Positions 39,711-52,138 of a DNA stretch of 64,000 nucleotides are shown here, piece after piece. Numbering within the stretch: position 1 is the stretch's first letter; every line of letters begins with the position of its first letter. The DNA comes from Eledone cirrhosa (Eukaryota). The notes under the pieces are model-generated. The model saw nothing but the letters and a program-made list of their open reading frames with translations, had not been told where the DNA came from and did no database searches. The stretch lies in contig OZ024743.1 of NCBI GenBank assembly GCA_964016885.1, positions 255,068,001 to 255,132,000 of the forward strand. Direction: 5' to 3'. A program made the position numbers and the translations under genes.

Positions 39711-42026
39711 TATATATACACAAAAAGTAAGCTAAGGGAAATATCTGAAGTAGGCTAATAGCAGAAATGTAGAGGAACCATAGAGTTGGTAATGCCCTAA
39801 ATAAATTTAACCTGTTGACTGCTGTGTATATTTTACACAGCTACAGTTGCTGTGCCGTTTTTTTTTTAAAGAAACATTTTCAAAGAAGCATTTATTAACA
39901 ACACACATTTGAATTATTGATAAACGTCACATCAATAAATTGGTAACCCAATCTACCTTTGAAGTTAGGAACATTCGGAAACGATTTTATTAACTTTGAA
40001 GTTATGAACTGTTGGAAAAGAGTTCAAACATATTAGGTCAAGTTATCTCATCCATGTCACTGGAATGCATACATGTTAGGTTGAGTAATTTCGCCTATGG
40101 CACTGAAGAGGTTAACAAAGATTTCTTATTGAAATTTGACTCTGAGTTGGAGAAACTAAATAATAACACTATGATAATTCTCCAGAAATCTAAAAAAAAA
40201 TGACAATTGCAAGAAATTAAAAATTTACTTCCTGAAAATTTAATTTTCATGCTTAGAAGAGTAAAATCTGATCATTGTTGGCAGTCAATATGACTGATGC
40301 TGATACATTTCAGTCTTATTCTACCTCTTCTGTAAAGCAGTGTTTTCAAGTGTGCAAAAAGGTAAATTGAATTGAAAAATGAATTTGTGGTGAGATCCAT
40401 TTTAGAACTGGTACCCTACATCCCTGCATGTCATAAGATGTGATTAAAAGGATTAGGGCTTAGAAGAACAACTGACAATAAAGTCATGCTTCAAAAAGAG
40501 CCATATGGGGAGCATGAATCCACAATGCTCAGTTCTGCTATACTGGGTAAAATAGGTTTAAAATATACGTGTTGTGTGTTTTATTAATTCTTTATCTTTT
40601 AATTTGTTTTTACCCTTTAGTTAGGGAAAGAAGTTCTGTGCCCTCAGCATGCCAGAGACTGGTGAGAAGGAGTGAGTTAAGTGTGTATAAACTGGAGTGG
40701 CCTCAACAAAAAGTCCCCAAGGTTCAGGTGGTGGTGTTGAAAGAGTGACGTTTACTACTCAAGTAATTCACAGCAGGATTGAAATCAAAATGATCAGACC
40801 ATATAAAAATACCACAAAGCTTCTCATTCAATGCTCTATCAATTCTGGCAATCCATCAACTTAGACATGAGGTCTATTATTGGCTGTTTTAATGATAAAG
40901 GGCCCAACACTGTTCTATAATGTCACCATTTGTTCAGTTAATAAGGCGAGATTTCATCTCAGGTTACATAGAAGCTAAAACAGATATCACAAGGCTACTC
41001 TAACAATTTTGTAAGTCCATCATCCTTGGACTGGTACTTTATTTATCAACCACCAAAATTGACTTTGGCTGGAGTTGAACTCAGAGTGCAGATATCTGGA
41101 ACAAATACCACAAGGTATTTTGTCCAAAGCTCTAACCGCTCTACCAGTTCTGCACCCTGTGTGTATGAGTATGTGTATGTGTATGTGCAGTGGTGATGGT
41201 CGTGGTTGTTCCAACTAATATAGTCTGCTCTAAACTAAGACACTCTTCAACTCTGTGTCATAGAATCATCTTCTGATTATCAATTGTTTTAATTAATGTC
41301 TGTGTTCTGTGTAAACTTAATGAACCAAAAACGCACCCTTTTCTCATCCTTGTCTTCTGTCTCTCTGTTTGTCTGTCTGTCTTGCTCTCTCTTTCTACCT
41401 CTCTCTGCCACTCACTTTCTCTCCTCTGCTTATTTTTATCACTCTCTCTCTTCCCCTGCTATTCTATCCCTTTCTCCCACACTCTCTTTACCACACACTC
41501 TCTCCTGTTTTTCTTCTCTCTCTATCTTTCCCCTCTTTCAGTCCCTAACATTCTCTCATTCACTCTCTTCCCCTATCTCTCCCGCTTTCTCACCATCCCA
41601 TTTCTCACCCCACCTCCTCCCGCCCCCTCCATCTATTTACTAAACATTAAAACCTTCCCTATTCATGGTTCTTTAGAAAGTCATCATTTCTCTCCTCTTG
41701 TTTAAAGCTTTTAATGTTTAAAACTTAATGAACGGACATTCCTTTATACTCCAGTTTGTAAAGGATATGAATATGTTTGGATAAAACCAATGGAAGCTAT
41801 CTCTATTGTCATTGACATGGTTTTATTGTTGCATGAGAGAAGATCTCTCTCTGTTCATCATGTTATATGATATATTCTTCTCTATGTACTGTTCTGTCCT
41901 CTGCTACATAACAATGACCTGCTTTCTCTTGGTCAGCAACAATTTGAAATAAAACAAAGAGAAGAAAGTAGGTTTAGTAACCAGAATAAATGTATTGAAT
42001 TCATGTCGACTAATTATATATACGTA

Positions 42027-42207
42027 CTAGCAGAGGTACCCGGCGTTGCTCGGGTATTAAATACCAGTTATGTACACCATTTATGTCAATACTTCAGTGC
42101 TGCTTGGAAAACACTACTTTTACAAAATCATCGGCTTTTTCCCAAAGGGGGTTCCTGCCCCCAGGGGTCCCCTACTCAATATGCGTCAACCAAATTACAG
42201 ATATAGA
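42027..42207 (-). mobile_element. Short non-autonomous Helitron-like element
   Basis: Minus-strand 3' end: hairpin TACCCG..CGGGTA then CTGCTAG|T; 5' end TCTATATCTGTAA. Confidence 0.6.
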
Positions 42208-42559
42208 GACACACACACATGCACAATCAAACTTCACTCAGAAGCCATTGGTCAATCTGAAGATATAGCAGAACATACTTGCCCAAGGTGCGATGCAAAG
42301 CAACTGGACCTGAAACCAGGTGACTACAAATTGACCTTCTTAACCACACAGCTATACAACTACCTACCTTCCTATATATATATGTATAGGTTGTAATATA
42401 TATATATATATATAAATAAAAAGAAATAGGATTTCGCTTCAAGCATAGCTTTATACAATATGTATAAATATTTCGTATCTCCAAAGAAATACAGTTTTAG
42501 GAAGCAGTAGCTATGCAAACACCGGGGGGGGGGGGGGGGGGCTAACGCCCTCTGGTGAT

Positions 42560-42652
42560 GTCCAGCAGAAGCAAGGGGGACAACCGTCTATGCATGTCAG
42601 GCTTAACTAGCCTTCGTCAGGGCAGTCCCTCCCACCGCTTGCGACTGCTGGA
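42560..42652 (-). ncRNA. Type I hammerhead, GACA variant, with extended stem I
   Basis: GGGACTGCC-CTGACGA-AGGCT-AGTTA-AGCCT-GACA-TGCA-TA|GACGGTTGTCCC; outer GTCCAGCAG/CTGCTGGAC 9 bp. Confidence 0.7.
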
Positions 42653-42761
42653 CTAGAAGACAGGCGAGAATATATACTTTTCACGTCTGTGTAAATGAGG
42701 TGATTAATCTCATTTGCATATGAAGCTGCATAAGTTGGCTCAACTTATAATAATATATATA

Positions 42762-43393
42762 CTAGCAGCAGTACCCAGCGTTGCCTGGGTAGGTAAAATA
42801 ATATCTGCTTTGATGAAAAGGTGTTGATCTTAGCGACTGCTTCTTGATGACTCATCTATGGCCACACACAGACCATGCGGGGGAGGGTGGTGATGACCTC
42901 TATCACTGAGAAATGCGGGTGACTGATGAAGGGTCATGCTGGGGGAGGGAGTTTCGAATTTGAACGAAATCGGTTGAAAAATGTGGGAGCTAGAGCCGAA
43001 AAGGCGGAAATTTGAGCGAAAAGGTGGTATTTTCGAATATTTAAGCGGCTGCCACGCCGTTGCTGAACAAAAAATCCAAAATGTAAAGCCACTTTAAGAC
43101 GTAAAATAATCATATCTAGCGTAGTGTAAAATTTGAACAAAGTAGGTTGATTAATGTGGGAGCTAGATCCAAAAATCTTATTTTTCGATACCTAAAAAAA
43201 AGGTAACTCTCCCTATCGATTTTTATCTGCAGAATGACCCCGGAATAAAAGAACGATACGCTGATATATAGAAAACACTCCCCGATTACTAATCTATGAG
43301 CCTGTAAAGTTTCATGAAAATTGGTCGTAAGATGTAGGCCCCTCTAGTTAATAAACAGACACACACACATACTTAATTTTATATATATACAGA
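42762..43393 (-). mobile_element. Non-autonomous Helitron
   Basis: A|TCTGTATATAT 5' end; 3' hairpin TACCCAG-GCAACG-CTGGGTA then CTGCTGCTAG|T; internal repeats (AATGTGGGAGCTAGA twice). Confidence 0.75.
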
Positions 43394-43435
43394 TATCAGC
43401 TCACTTTTTTACTTTTTACTTTATCACACCTACAG

Positions 43436-43478
<43 letters not shown>

Positions 43479-46119
43479 TCTATATTATGCATATACATCT
43501 ATAATATATATAATAAATATATACACCCATACATTATGTTATATATATATACTTTTAATGACTATAAGAATTATTGTCTGTCATTATTAAAAATTTGTAA
43601 AATGATATATAATATAAAAATGTTAAAATCAAAATAAAACTACTTTATTCTTTAGTTCACATTAGCTTCTCTACTTTTTTTTGTTGCAGGACATACAAAA
43701 GATATGGCTCTCAGATTAATAATGACATGAAAAAAGTACACACAAAAAATATAGCAAGTAAAATTAGGCCAAACTAAATTCAATTATACTATCAGAATTT
43801 TGCTAAAAGTGCACAGAAAATATTTTCGAAATTAATAAGTTTTGTCCAACTTTTTTAGATGAAAAATTATCTTTATTATAGACTGATACAGAAGTGGTGG
43901 CAGATTCAGTAAATCATAAGATAAATGCTTCACATTTTTTTTGGATGGGGGGGGTCTTTACTTTCCGAGTTCAAACATCACTGATGTCACCTTTGCTTTT
44001 CAATCTTCCAGGGTAAATAAAATAAAATAACCGCCAAGTACTGGGCTCGATATATACTTCATCTTTCCTGGAAAGTTGCTGGCCTTCTGTCAAAATTATA
44101 AATCATTATTATACAATAATATATTCAGTATTTTGTCATTACTTTCGTTGATTTAGTCTATATTTTAGCTGTTCATTGTACACCTCTGCCTACTTCATAT
44201 GGTTGTTGTATTGGGTGACAGATGTTCCTGGAATTTTGAACAGAACCCTTTATTTGAAACCCGAGGTAGGATGACCACCAGCTTCATCCTTTTGATAAAG
44301 ACAGATGTGATGCATTTCAGTAAACAGTTTCAAGACCTACTGGTGTCACTTTTTTCCTAAAGAGAATCATGGACATATAGATTATGGTACCTGACCTTCA
44401 GTAATGAGGATGGGAAGAGAATAGACCAGACCTGACTAGAGCAGGGTAGATTGTTACACAAATATAACTTTCATCATTATCACCACTGTTCAGTTGCGTA
44501 TTTCATTATAAAATGCTAACAGTACACACTGGAATGTGGTTAATGAATGGAAACAACATAAAGCAGAGAGGAAACTTTAGTTTTGTTGAAGACATGAAAA
44601 CTACACTAATGTTGGTGCTACAATAAAATACATCCAGTATACACTATCAAGTGGTTAGCAGTTGTAGGCACCAACAGGGGATGATAAACTCTCTGTTGCT
44701 GGTACCATGCTAGTCAACACACTCTATAATGTAGTTGTTGATAAAATGGAGATGGTGTAGGGTAGAGAGAAAAGGACATTAGAACCTCTCTTGTATTGGT
44801 GGTTCAATAAAATAAACCCAGTACACTGAGTAAAGTGTTTGGTAAAAGTCTCCAGTGTGTGAAATCATGCCAAATTGAAATGTATGAATGGGATATGTTC
44901 CTCTAACCTACATAGGAGAGCATTAACTTGAAATAAGTACTGCTGTGGCTGATGAGAGCCGATCCAACACATGCCAGAATGGAAAACACACATAAAATGG
45001 TGTTGATTGAAATATCTTGTCTCAGTACAACAAATATAATAGTATTCACTTAACAGTGTTATATTGCACCTGAGCTTTGTCAAAAGCTCTAATTACTCTG
45101 CCAATTTTCAATATGTTTCTTACATCAGACTTATCTAGCTAAAATGCATCTTACGTTTTTTCCTGAAAGGAATAGCAATCAACCACAGTTTGTGTATTTC
45201 ATTTTTGTTATGTTTTCCTTGTCAAAAGAAGGATTTAATGTGAAAAAGTAAGAAAAAAATCACTACAGCCAAATGATGCAATTTTCTGCGATCTCCATTT
45301 TTTTGTTGAACTTCTCTCTAAGATAGCAATTTATATATATCTACAAAGTACTGAATGCAGAGGATGGGCAAATATTAAACAAAAATGGATTGTGGTGCAG
45401 TTGTGACTGTTGTGGCATACCTATGACTGTTTGTGATATAACTGTGATTATTCTGGTATTGTTGTGACTGTTGTCGTGTAGATATGACTCATGTGGTTTG
45501 GATGTGATTGTTGTGGTGTAGCTCGGGCTGTTGTGGTATTTCTGTGATTGTTGTGGTATAGATATGAATTTTGTTGTACAGCTGTGTCTGTAACTATTCA
45601 ACCTATGTAATATATCATGCAATAACCTATGCATGAATATTTCTCAATAAATATGAATTAATGAACAGTGAATGAGTGACCCTGCAAATGTACCTTTAGG
45701 CAGAGTTAAACCCATTTGAATGTTATAATTGGATGGACATCTATACAGCAGTGTGTAAGACATGTTACTTTCTCATGATAGAATAAAATGACAGATATTT
45801 TCTCCCTACACTTGTCTCATTGCCTTATCCCTGTTTAGAATATTGCTGTACTACACTAGATTAAGCTGTCACAGCTTCTAAACCATGAAACCATGGAGGA
45901 ATTATTTCCCTTCAAATCTCCTTCATTAACACACCACCTACACTACCGAGACCACCATCAGCACCAGCAGCATCTCCGCCAACACCACTCTCAGCTCCAG
46001 GGTCAACACTACAGATGATGCCACCTCCACCATTAGCACAGATCCAACACTATTAGAACCTCTACCATCATCACCACCACAAACTCAGTTTAATACAAAT
46101 ATAAAAGACTTTGTTTCTC

Positions 46120-46150
46120 TATCTGATGATCCTGTGAAACTCCAGAATAA
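46120..46150 (+). ncRNA. Decayed hammerhead relic
   Basis: CTGATGA-TCCTGT-GAAA-CTCCAGAAT-A; stem II collapsed. Confidence 0.35.
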
Positions 46151-46194
46151 CATGGCTCATCACTTAGAACTAATAAAAAATAATCGTGTTGGGG

Positions 46195-46750
46195 ATCATC
46201 ATCATCACACTTTAACATCTATTTTCCATGCTTCCATTGGTTAGACGAGTTGTCACATTATAATCCACTCAGGTTAGGTGACAAATATCTTGCTCATATG
46301 GAACTGTTTCTGGTTTGGTTTCTATGATTGGATGCCCTTCATAATGTCAACCACATTACATCATAGACTGGGTGCTTTTTCATTGTGGTATCATCACTAC
46401 CATCTTATAGATTGAATGGTGCTTTTTGCCATGTCAAACATATGACCACCTTAGAGGGTAGGCAGGTTACTTTTTGTTATGTGATCAACACAGCCACTTT
46501 ACAGAGTGGAATAGGGGCCCTTTGTCATGTTGCCATTTTATATACACATTTAGCATTTTAAGATCCACTCTCACTGCATTTGCCATGATTTTCCACAGCT
46601 TTCTTGTACTGCGGCTTCCTTCTGCTGGGAGCTCCTGGCATTGTACATCACATAGCGATACAGGTGCAGTTTTTCTCTTGCTCACTAGATTTGATTCCTT
46701 TTATGCACAGTTTCTCTCAGCTCATCCATACTTTACTTTACATGAACATT
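46195..46750 (-). pseudogene. Highly decayed RTE/SINE 3' region
   Basis: ELRKLCIKGIKSSEQE resembles [16 protein letters not shown]; (GAT)n tail and GGATGCCCTTC motif. Confidence 0.45.
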
Positions 46751-47269
46751 AACATCACTAATCCATCGAATGATGTTTGTTATTTGTTCTGGATCTTTCA
46801 GTTCAGAGTTCAAATTCCAATGTAGTCAATAAATAAAGCCAAGAACTAGAGTTGAATAAACTTCTTCTTCTCTTTCATATTTTGTCTTTTTCTCTTTCAC
46901 TAGGAAAAAATCACTTGTGTTCCACTATGGAGAGAGATGGGCTATGCCAGGATAACATTGCTTATGGCATACCATATGCTATTATGATATACTATACAAA
47001 TCTATTTAGTCCCCAGCGCATGGAATGTACTTATACACATGACAGATTACTCTACTTCATATACAAGGTAGAATTCTGAATTGTATACAAGCAACAATAT
47101 TATTGGTGCATTTGTTCTTTATTTTCTTTTATACATGTACATATGTATTATATGCATGTATGCAAATAACTGAGTGTATGAATTTTGTGCATGTGTATAT
47201 GGCGCTACCCACGATTGTCTGAGAATACATGTGTATATATATATATATGTGTGTGTTTATACATAGAAC

Positions 47270-47667
47270 AATAAAAAAACAGAACTCAGGTGTAGGTAGA
47301 TAGTTAGATCGTTGTTTTATGATCGTTTCAGAGGGTTGATTGATCAATGAAGATCGGTCTTTTGACTAGAATGGCAGTGGTTAAGTTTCTACCTATTTCT
47401 AGTCTTGAAATCCATGTTCAATTGGCTGTCTTCTTCAGAAACACACGCATATATATATATATATATGTACATACAAGAATATATCAGTGTGTGTTTCTGA
47501 AGAAGGCAGCCAATTGAACATGGATTTCAAGACTAGAAATAGGTAGAAACTTAACCACTGCCATTCTAGTAAAAACACCGATCTTTATCGATCAATCAAC
47601 CGTCTGAAACGATCGTAAAACAACGATCTAACTATCTACCTACACCTGAGTTCTGTTCTTTTTATTA
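47270..47667. repeat. Head-to-head inverted repeat (~175 bp arms) of a hammerhead element
   Basis: 47270-47447 versus 47488-47667, few mismatches, TA-rich spacer. Confidence 0.95.
47492..47622 (+). ncRNA. Type I hammerhead with ~100 nt branched stem II (mirror copy 47313-47443, minus strand)
   Basis: TGTTT-CTGAAGA-AGGCAG..CCGTCT-GAAA-CGATCG-TA|AAACA; internal helices GACTAGAA/TTCTAGT, GGTAG/CTGCC, TTGAA/TTCAA. Confidence 0.8.
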
Positions 47668-47941
47668 TAAAGGCGCGCATGTGATTTTATGTTTGTGTGC
47701 ATGTATGTATATATACAAATGTATATATATATATATATACAAAATTAAATTAAATTAAATTAAGGTGTCATGTCAGAGAGACATGCACCATATCCACTGT
47801 AGAATATGCTCCAAGATTCCAATAAAAATAGATCCGAGTATTTTTTATCAACTAGAAATTGATTGACATATATATATCTAAAATAAACATATGAAACAAT
47901 CACAGGGAATAATTTGTAAAAGTGTATAAGCATTGTAGGAT

Positions 47942-48013
47942 GGGCTCGCCCGGGATTTGAACCCGGGACCTCTCGCACCCAAAGCGAGAATCATACCCCT
48001 AGACCAACGAGCC
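47942..48013 (-). tRNA. tRNA-Pro-TGG: tRNA-Pro (TGG)
   Basis: GGCTCGTTGGTCTAGGGGTATGATTCTCGCTTTGGGTGCGAGAGGTCCCGGGTTCAAATCCCGGGCGAGCCC; complete cloverleaf with a U7-G66 wobble; no CCA; TTTT ~20 nt downstream. Confidence 0.96.
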
Positions 48014-48765
48014 AATCATTATTATCTGCTTAAATATATCCTAGTAATTATAGTTTGAATGTTACATGTAAAAGAGTATTCCCTCTGATTGTTTCATATG
48101 TTTATTTTAGATATATATATATGTCAATCAATTTCTAGTTGATATATATATATATATATAAAGTTATATCAGTATAGATACAAAGTTGGTAATGGAGACT
48201 GCACCAACATGTATAAATATACACACATATCTAATATGTAGGCATGTAAACATGCCAGAAAATATGTATTTCTCTGTAAGTTGAGAAAATGCTAAATATA
48301 TTTACACAAATCTCAGATCTAATAGGACTTTAATCTGAACATATGTATATCATCCAATCAACCACAAGTGAGTACGTATTTCATGAATATATATCTCCAT
48401 TCACCCTTCGTATTATTCTGAAATGGATGTAGTAATTGGCATTTAATAAACACTTCTTTTAGTAATGAAGATATTTATTAAGAAGTGCATTAGTAGCAGA
48501 AGTGTATGATAAAGTCATATCTGTATAAATACAGTGTGTTTAACAAAGACTGTACTAACATGTAAAAATATATATATCTATGGTAGTTGTGCTCTATATG
48601 TGTGAGTGTGAATGTATGTATGTATGCATGTGTCTAATTATCTATACACCCACGTTATTTGTTTTTGTAACTCATGAAAACATATGAAAAAGATCCTTAC
48701 ATTTTGCTGAAGTCTATATATTTATTTTAAAGTACCTGTCATCATGAGCAGTTATACTCACCCAC

Positions 48766-48808
<43 letters not shown>

Positions 48809-48810
<2 letters not shown>

Positions 48811-49445
48811 CTTTGGTTTTCCATCAGAAATCCATCGGATTTATGAGGTTTTACAAAGCGAAACTGATCAGTAAGGGCCACTAGGAGAGGTAAATATTTA
48901 TATTATATTTTTTAATGTATTTTAAAAAATTGATTGAATTTTACTTGTTCAGCTTATCTTAATATTAAAATTCTGGTGTATCAAATTAATACCATTGAAC
49001 AAACTTGAATCATAGACAACCTATTTATTTCTAGGGGTACCTAGTATCCTTGGACATATTAACTTCATTCATTATGCTCCGTTATGTTGAGAACAAATCT
49101 GTTGTTCTATTTAGCTGCTATTTTTTTAGTAGTAATTGTAGACAGCAAGTCTTTGATTTTCCCGCTTTTACTTCGGTCCAGTTTACATACGGGTCACTTT
49201 TACGACCTTTCAGACCTTTATTTGCTGGCAGGAGGTCATATATTTTGTCGTTCCTGGGACGTTTAGCCCTAGGAAAGGAAAATGCTTTTCTGATGAGCTT
49301 TGGTTTTCCATCAGAAATCCATCGGATTTATGAGGTTTTACAAAGCGAAACTGATCGGTAAGGGCCACTAGGAGAGGTAAATATTTATATTATATTTTTT
49401 AATGTATTTTAAAAAATTGATTGAATTTTACTTGTTCTGCTTATC

Positions 49446-49452
<7 letters not shown>
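48809..49452 (+). mobile_element. (TA)n-flanked retrozyme-like unit A: period 487 nt, 157 nt terminal redundancy
   Basis: 48809-48965 equals 49296-49452 apart from ~2 substitutions; contains a hammerhead. Confidence 0.85.
49284..49366 (+). ncRNA. Type I hammerhead, intact core, long stem II
   Basis: CTGATGA-GCTTTG..CAAAGC-GAAA-CTGATCGG-TA|AGGGC; stem I is G-U rich. Confidence 0.85.
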
Positions 49453-49506
<54 letters not shown>

Positions 49507-49629
49507 GTGTTCCAATTGCAAATGACCAAGTTAGCTCGGTTGAAAAATACTAATTTAAAACAATATGGTTTGCCTGACTCGATTTAACGTAATAAATCAA
49601 TAAAAATAACAAACATATATCGGGCAAAT

Positions 49630-49708
49630 GATACCCGGACAGATGTAAATCTGTTTCGCAAGGATTATTAAGTGAAAGCTAGAATTCCTGTGCTCTTCTG
49701 CGGCTATC
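49630..49708 (-). ncRNA. Type I hammerhead with full stem III, U4A core variant
   Basis: GATAGCCG-CAGAAGA-GCA(C)AGGA..TCCTTGC-GAAA-CAGAT-TTAC-ATCTG-TC|CGGGTATC, inside a (TA)n-flanked segment 49503-49846. Confidence 0.8.
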
Positions 49709-49861
49709 CAGGAAAATGGAACACGTGTACTTTTATCTGTGTTCATCCCTCTCATATATCCAATTATATTACACGGGTCGGAAAGATTCCCTTCTTTGAG
49801 CTATTTAATTGTAAAAGACAATTCTGAGTTTCTAACTCAATCTATGATATATATATATATA

Positions 49862-52138
49862 TATTGTTATACTTGGGGAGGGTCATATTTGTGTAATATT
49901 GCCAGAATTAATAACAGAACACACTCACTGTTTGGTTGGTTTTCGCTTCTCGCTTTTATATCGCTAATCTAACTTACTCGGTCCTCAATGTTGCCATTGA
50001 CTGACCGACGGTCAAAAATAATACAGATACAATATAGACACAAACGCATATATATAGTTTATCATAAATCTTTCGTTGCACATCTGCAACATCGTCAGTG
50101 GTGCTATATTTTCCTCCTCTTGTATTGTATGTCTACGCCATTTTTATTCAGTCTGTCTATATATTTATTTATTTATTTGCTTGTTTGTTTATTTTGTTTT
50201 GTCTTCTTTGCGCATGCGTTTGCGTGTGTGTATAGTGTTTTGTTTGCTGTGTGATGGGTGACTAGTGTGTGTTTATGTGCTTGTTGTTATTGTGCTTGTG
50301 TATGTATTTATTTATTTATTTATCTTATTTTATTTACTTATTTATACTTCTCTTAGGTCAGTGTTGTTTGTTTGGGTGTTGTTGTTATTCCATTCATTCT
50401 TTCTGTTTAGCTTTGGTCTTCTAATTTCTATTTCACTGGCCTCTCTGATTTGCCTATCTGCTGGGTCATTTCTATGTTTAGATATTATTCTAATTCCTAT
50501 GTTGTCTATGTTACCGTCATGTTGTTGTCTAGCATGTTCGTATAGTACTGACCCGTTTTTTCGTCCTTTTAGTTCCCCCCAGTGTTGGTCTATCCTTTCA
50601 CCTATGCTACGAACTGTCTCACCTATGTATGTTGTTGTCATGTTTCTGCAAGTACCCTCTGTACATCTTATGCTATAGACTACGTTTCTAGTTTTACAGT
50701 TTATCCGGGGGTTCACCTTACATATGATACATTTCCTATTGGTACAGTGGGTTTTCTTAAAAGGGTAGGTTTTGCTGATCAGGAATTTTATGGTGGTTCC
50801 TGGCTTTTCTACCACCTTTATTTTTAAGTGGGTCTTTCTCAGGGCCTTTCTACACTGGTTAGCTAATTTCCCTCCAGGGGTAGCGTCCACAAACATGACA
50901 CTCTGGTATCTCTGGTTGTCGTACCATGAGGTGGCTTTCCCTATCTTATGTCTAGCCCTATCTAAGCTATTCCATGATTTGCTCCTGTATAATGGGCAAA
51001 TTCCTTTCATGTCCAGTTCTATGAGGGTCTTATACTTCTCCATGGCTCCTTCGTATACTCTGACTCTGTCTCTTTGGTTGTAGCCAGAGAACTGCATGCG
51101 GTTGATGAACTGTTGGATGTGTCTTTCCATTTCTGTTGGGTCGCACATACGGGACACATTCTTCATCACTTGTACCAAATCTGCGATCAGAATATTAAAC
51201 TTAGCACTACTGGACATTGCTGAGTTTTTGAGTATCAGGTATTTGGAGGCCATGGGTTTAGCATAGTGTGAGTGGAGAATTTGGGCTCTCTCGTTTATAG
51301 TGTTAATCCAGAGTTCTGTGTCTAATACAGGTAGTCTATTGTTAGGGTGTTTGGAAGTGAAGTCGATAGTTACAGTTACACTCTGGTGTATGGAATTAGC
51401 CTTCTGCTGGATGCTTTCCATCGTGCTACGTTCTAAATCAAACTTGTTAGTGCTCTCTAGTGGGGGTTTTCCTATAACTATATTGATATCGTATACATAA
51501 CGAGAGTACATGATGAGGTCTATGGAGCTCTCATTAAGGAGATCTTTAAGTCTCCTTTCCCACCATACCATGAACAAGTTGGCAACATCACTAGCTATGC
51601 TGACGCCGATGGCTGCTCCCTCATTTTAGGTGTAGATCTTCTCGTTGAACTTAAATATGTGGCTCGTTAGGGTAGTTTTGATACTAGCCTCTATTGCATG
51701 TGCGACCATTTTCCTTACCTGATCATTGTTTTGGGGGGTCCGTATAGCTTTGGTCCACCCAATCCACCTTCCCATGGGAGTCTTTTTATTATTGTTATCA
51801 TGGTGGTTGTTGTTGTTTCTATCATGAGCATTATTATTATTATTATGATTGCTAGATGTATTGTTGTTTACTTCACCGTTATTGTTGTTGTTACTGTTAT
51901 TTCTACCATTGTGGTTGTTGCTTTTATTATGTTTCTTGTTTTTGTTGTGCCTATCATTGATGTTGCTACATGTACTATTTCCATTATTACCACTCTGGTT
52001 ATTGTTGTTGTTGTTCGTATTGTTACCGTTATTATTACTGTGGTCGCTTCTGCTATGTCTGTGGTTAATGTTTCTATTATTATTGTTAATGTGGTTGTTG
52101 TTTTTCTGTCTATCGTTAGTAGGTTCTATCCTACTAGG
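49862..52138 (-). mobile_element. Penelope-like (Naiad-like) element, inverted left copy
   Basis: ORF 50342-51577: RT C-terminal half (YSRYVYD), CxxxxCxxC and GIY-YIG VVYSIRC..YIGET; Asn-rich segment 51785-52138. Confidence 0.9.

Noticed and set aside
39800-41000. Possible host exons in unique-looking sequence (also 23.6-25.2 kb and 44-46 kb)
   Set aside because: No recognisable protein motif or convincing splice-bounded frame; small exons cannot be excluded without RNA-seq
44945-44995. CTGATGA hammerhead candidates here and at 42924 and 38310
   Set aside because: No matching stem II, GAAA and stem III arrangement
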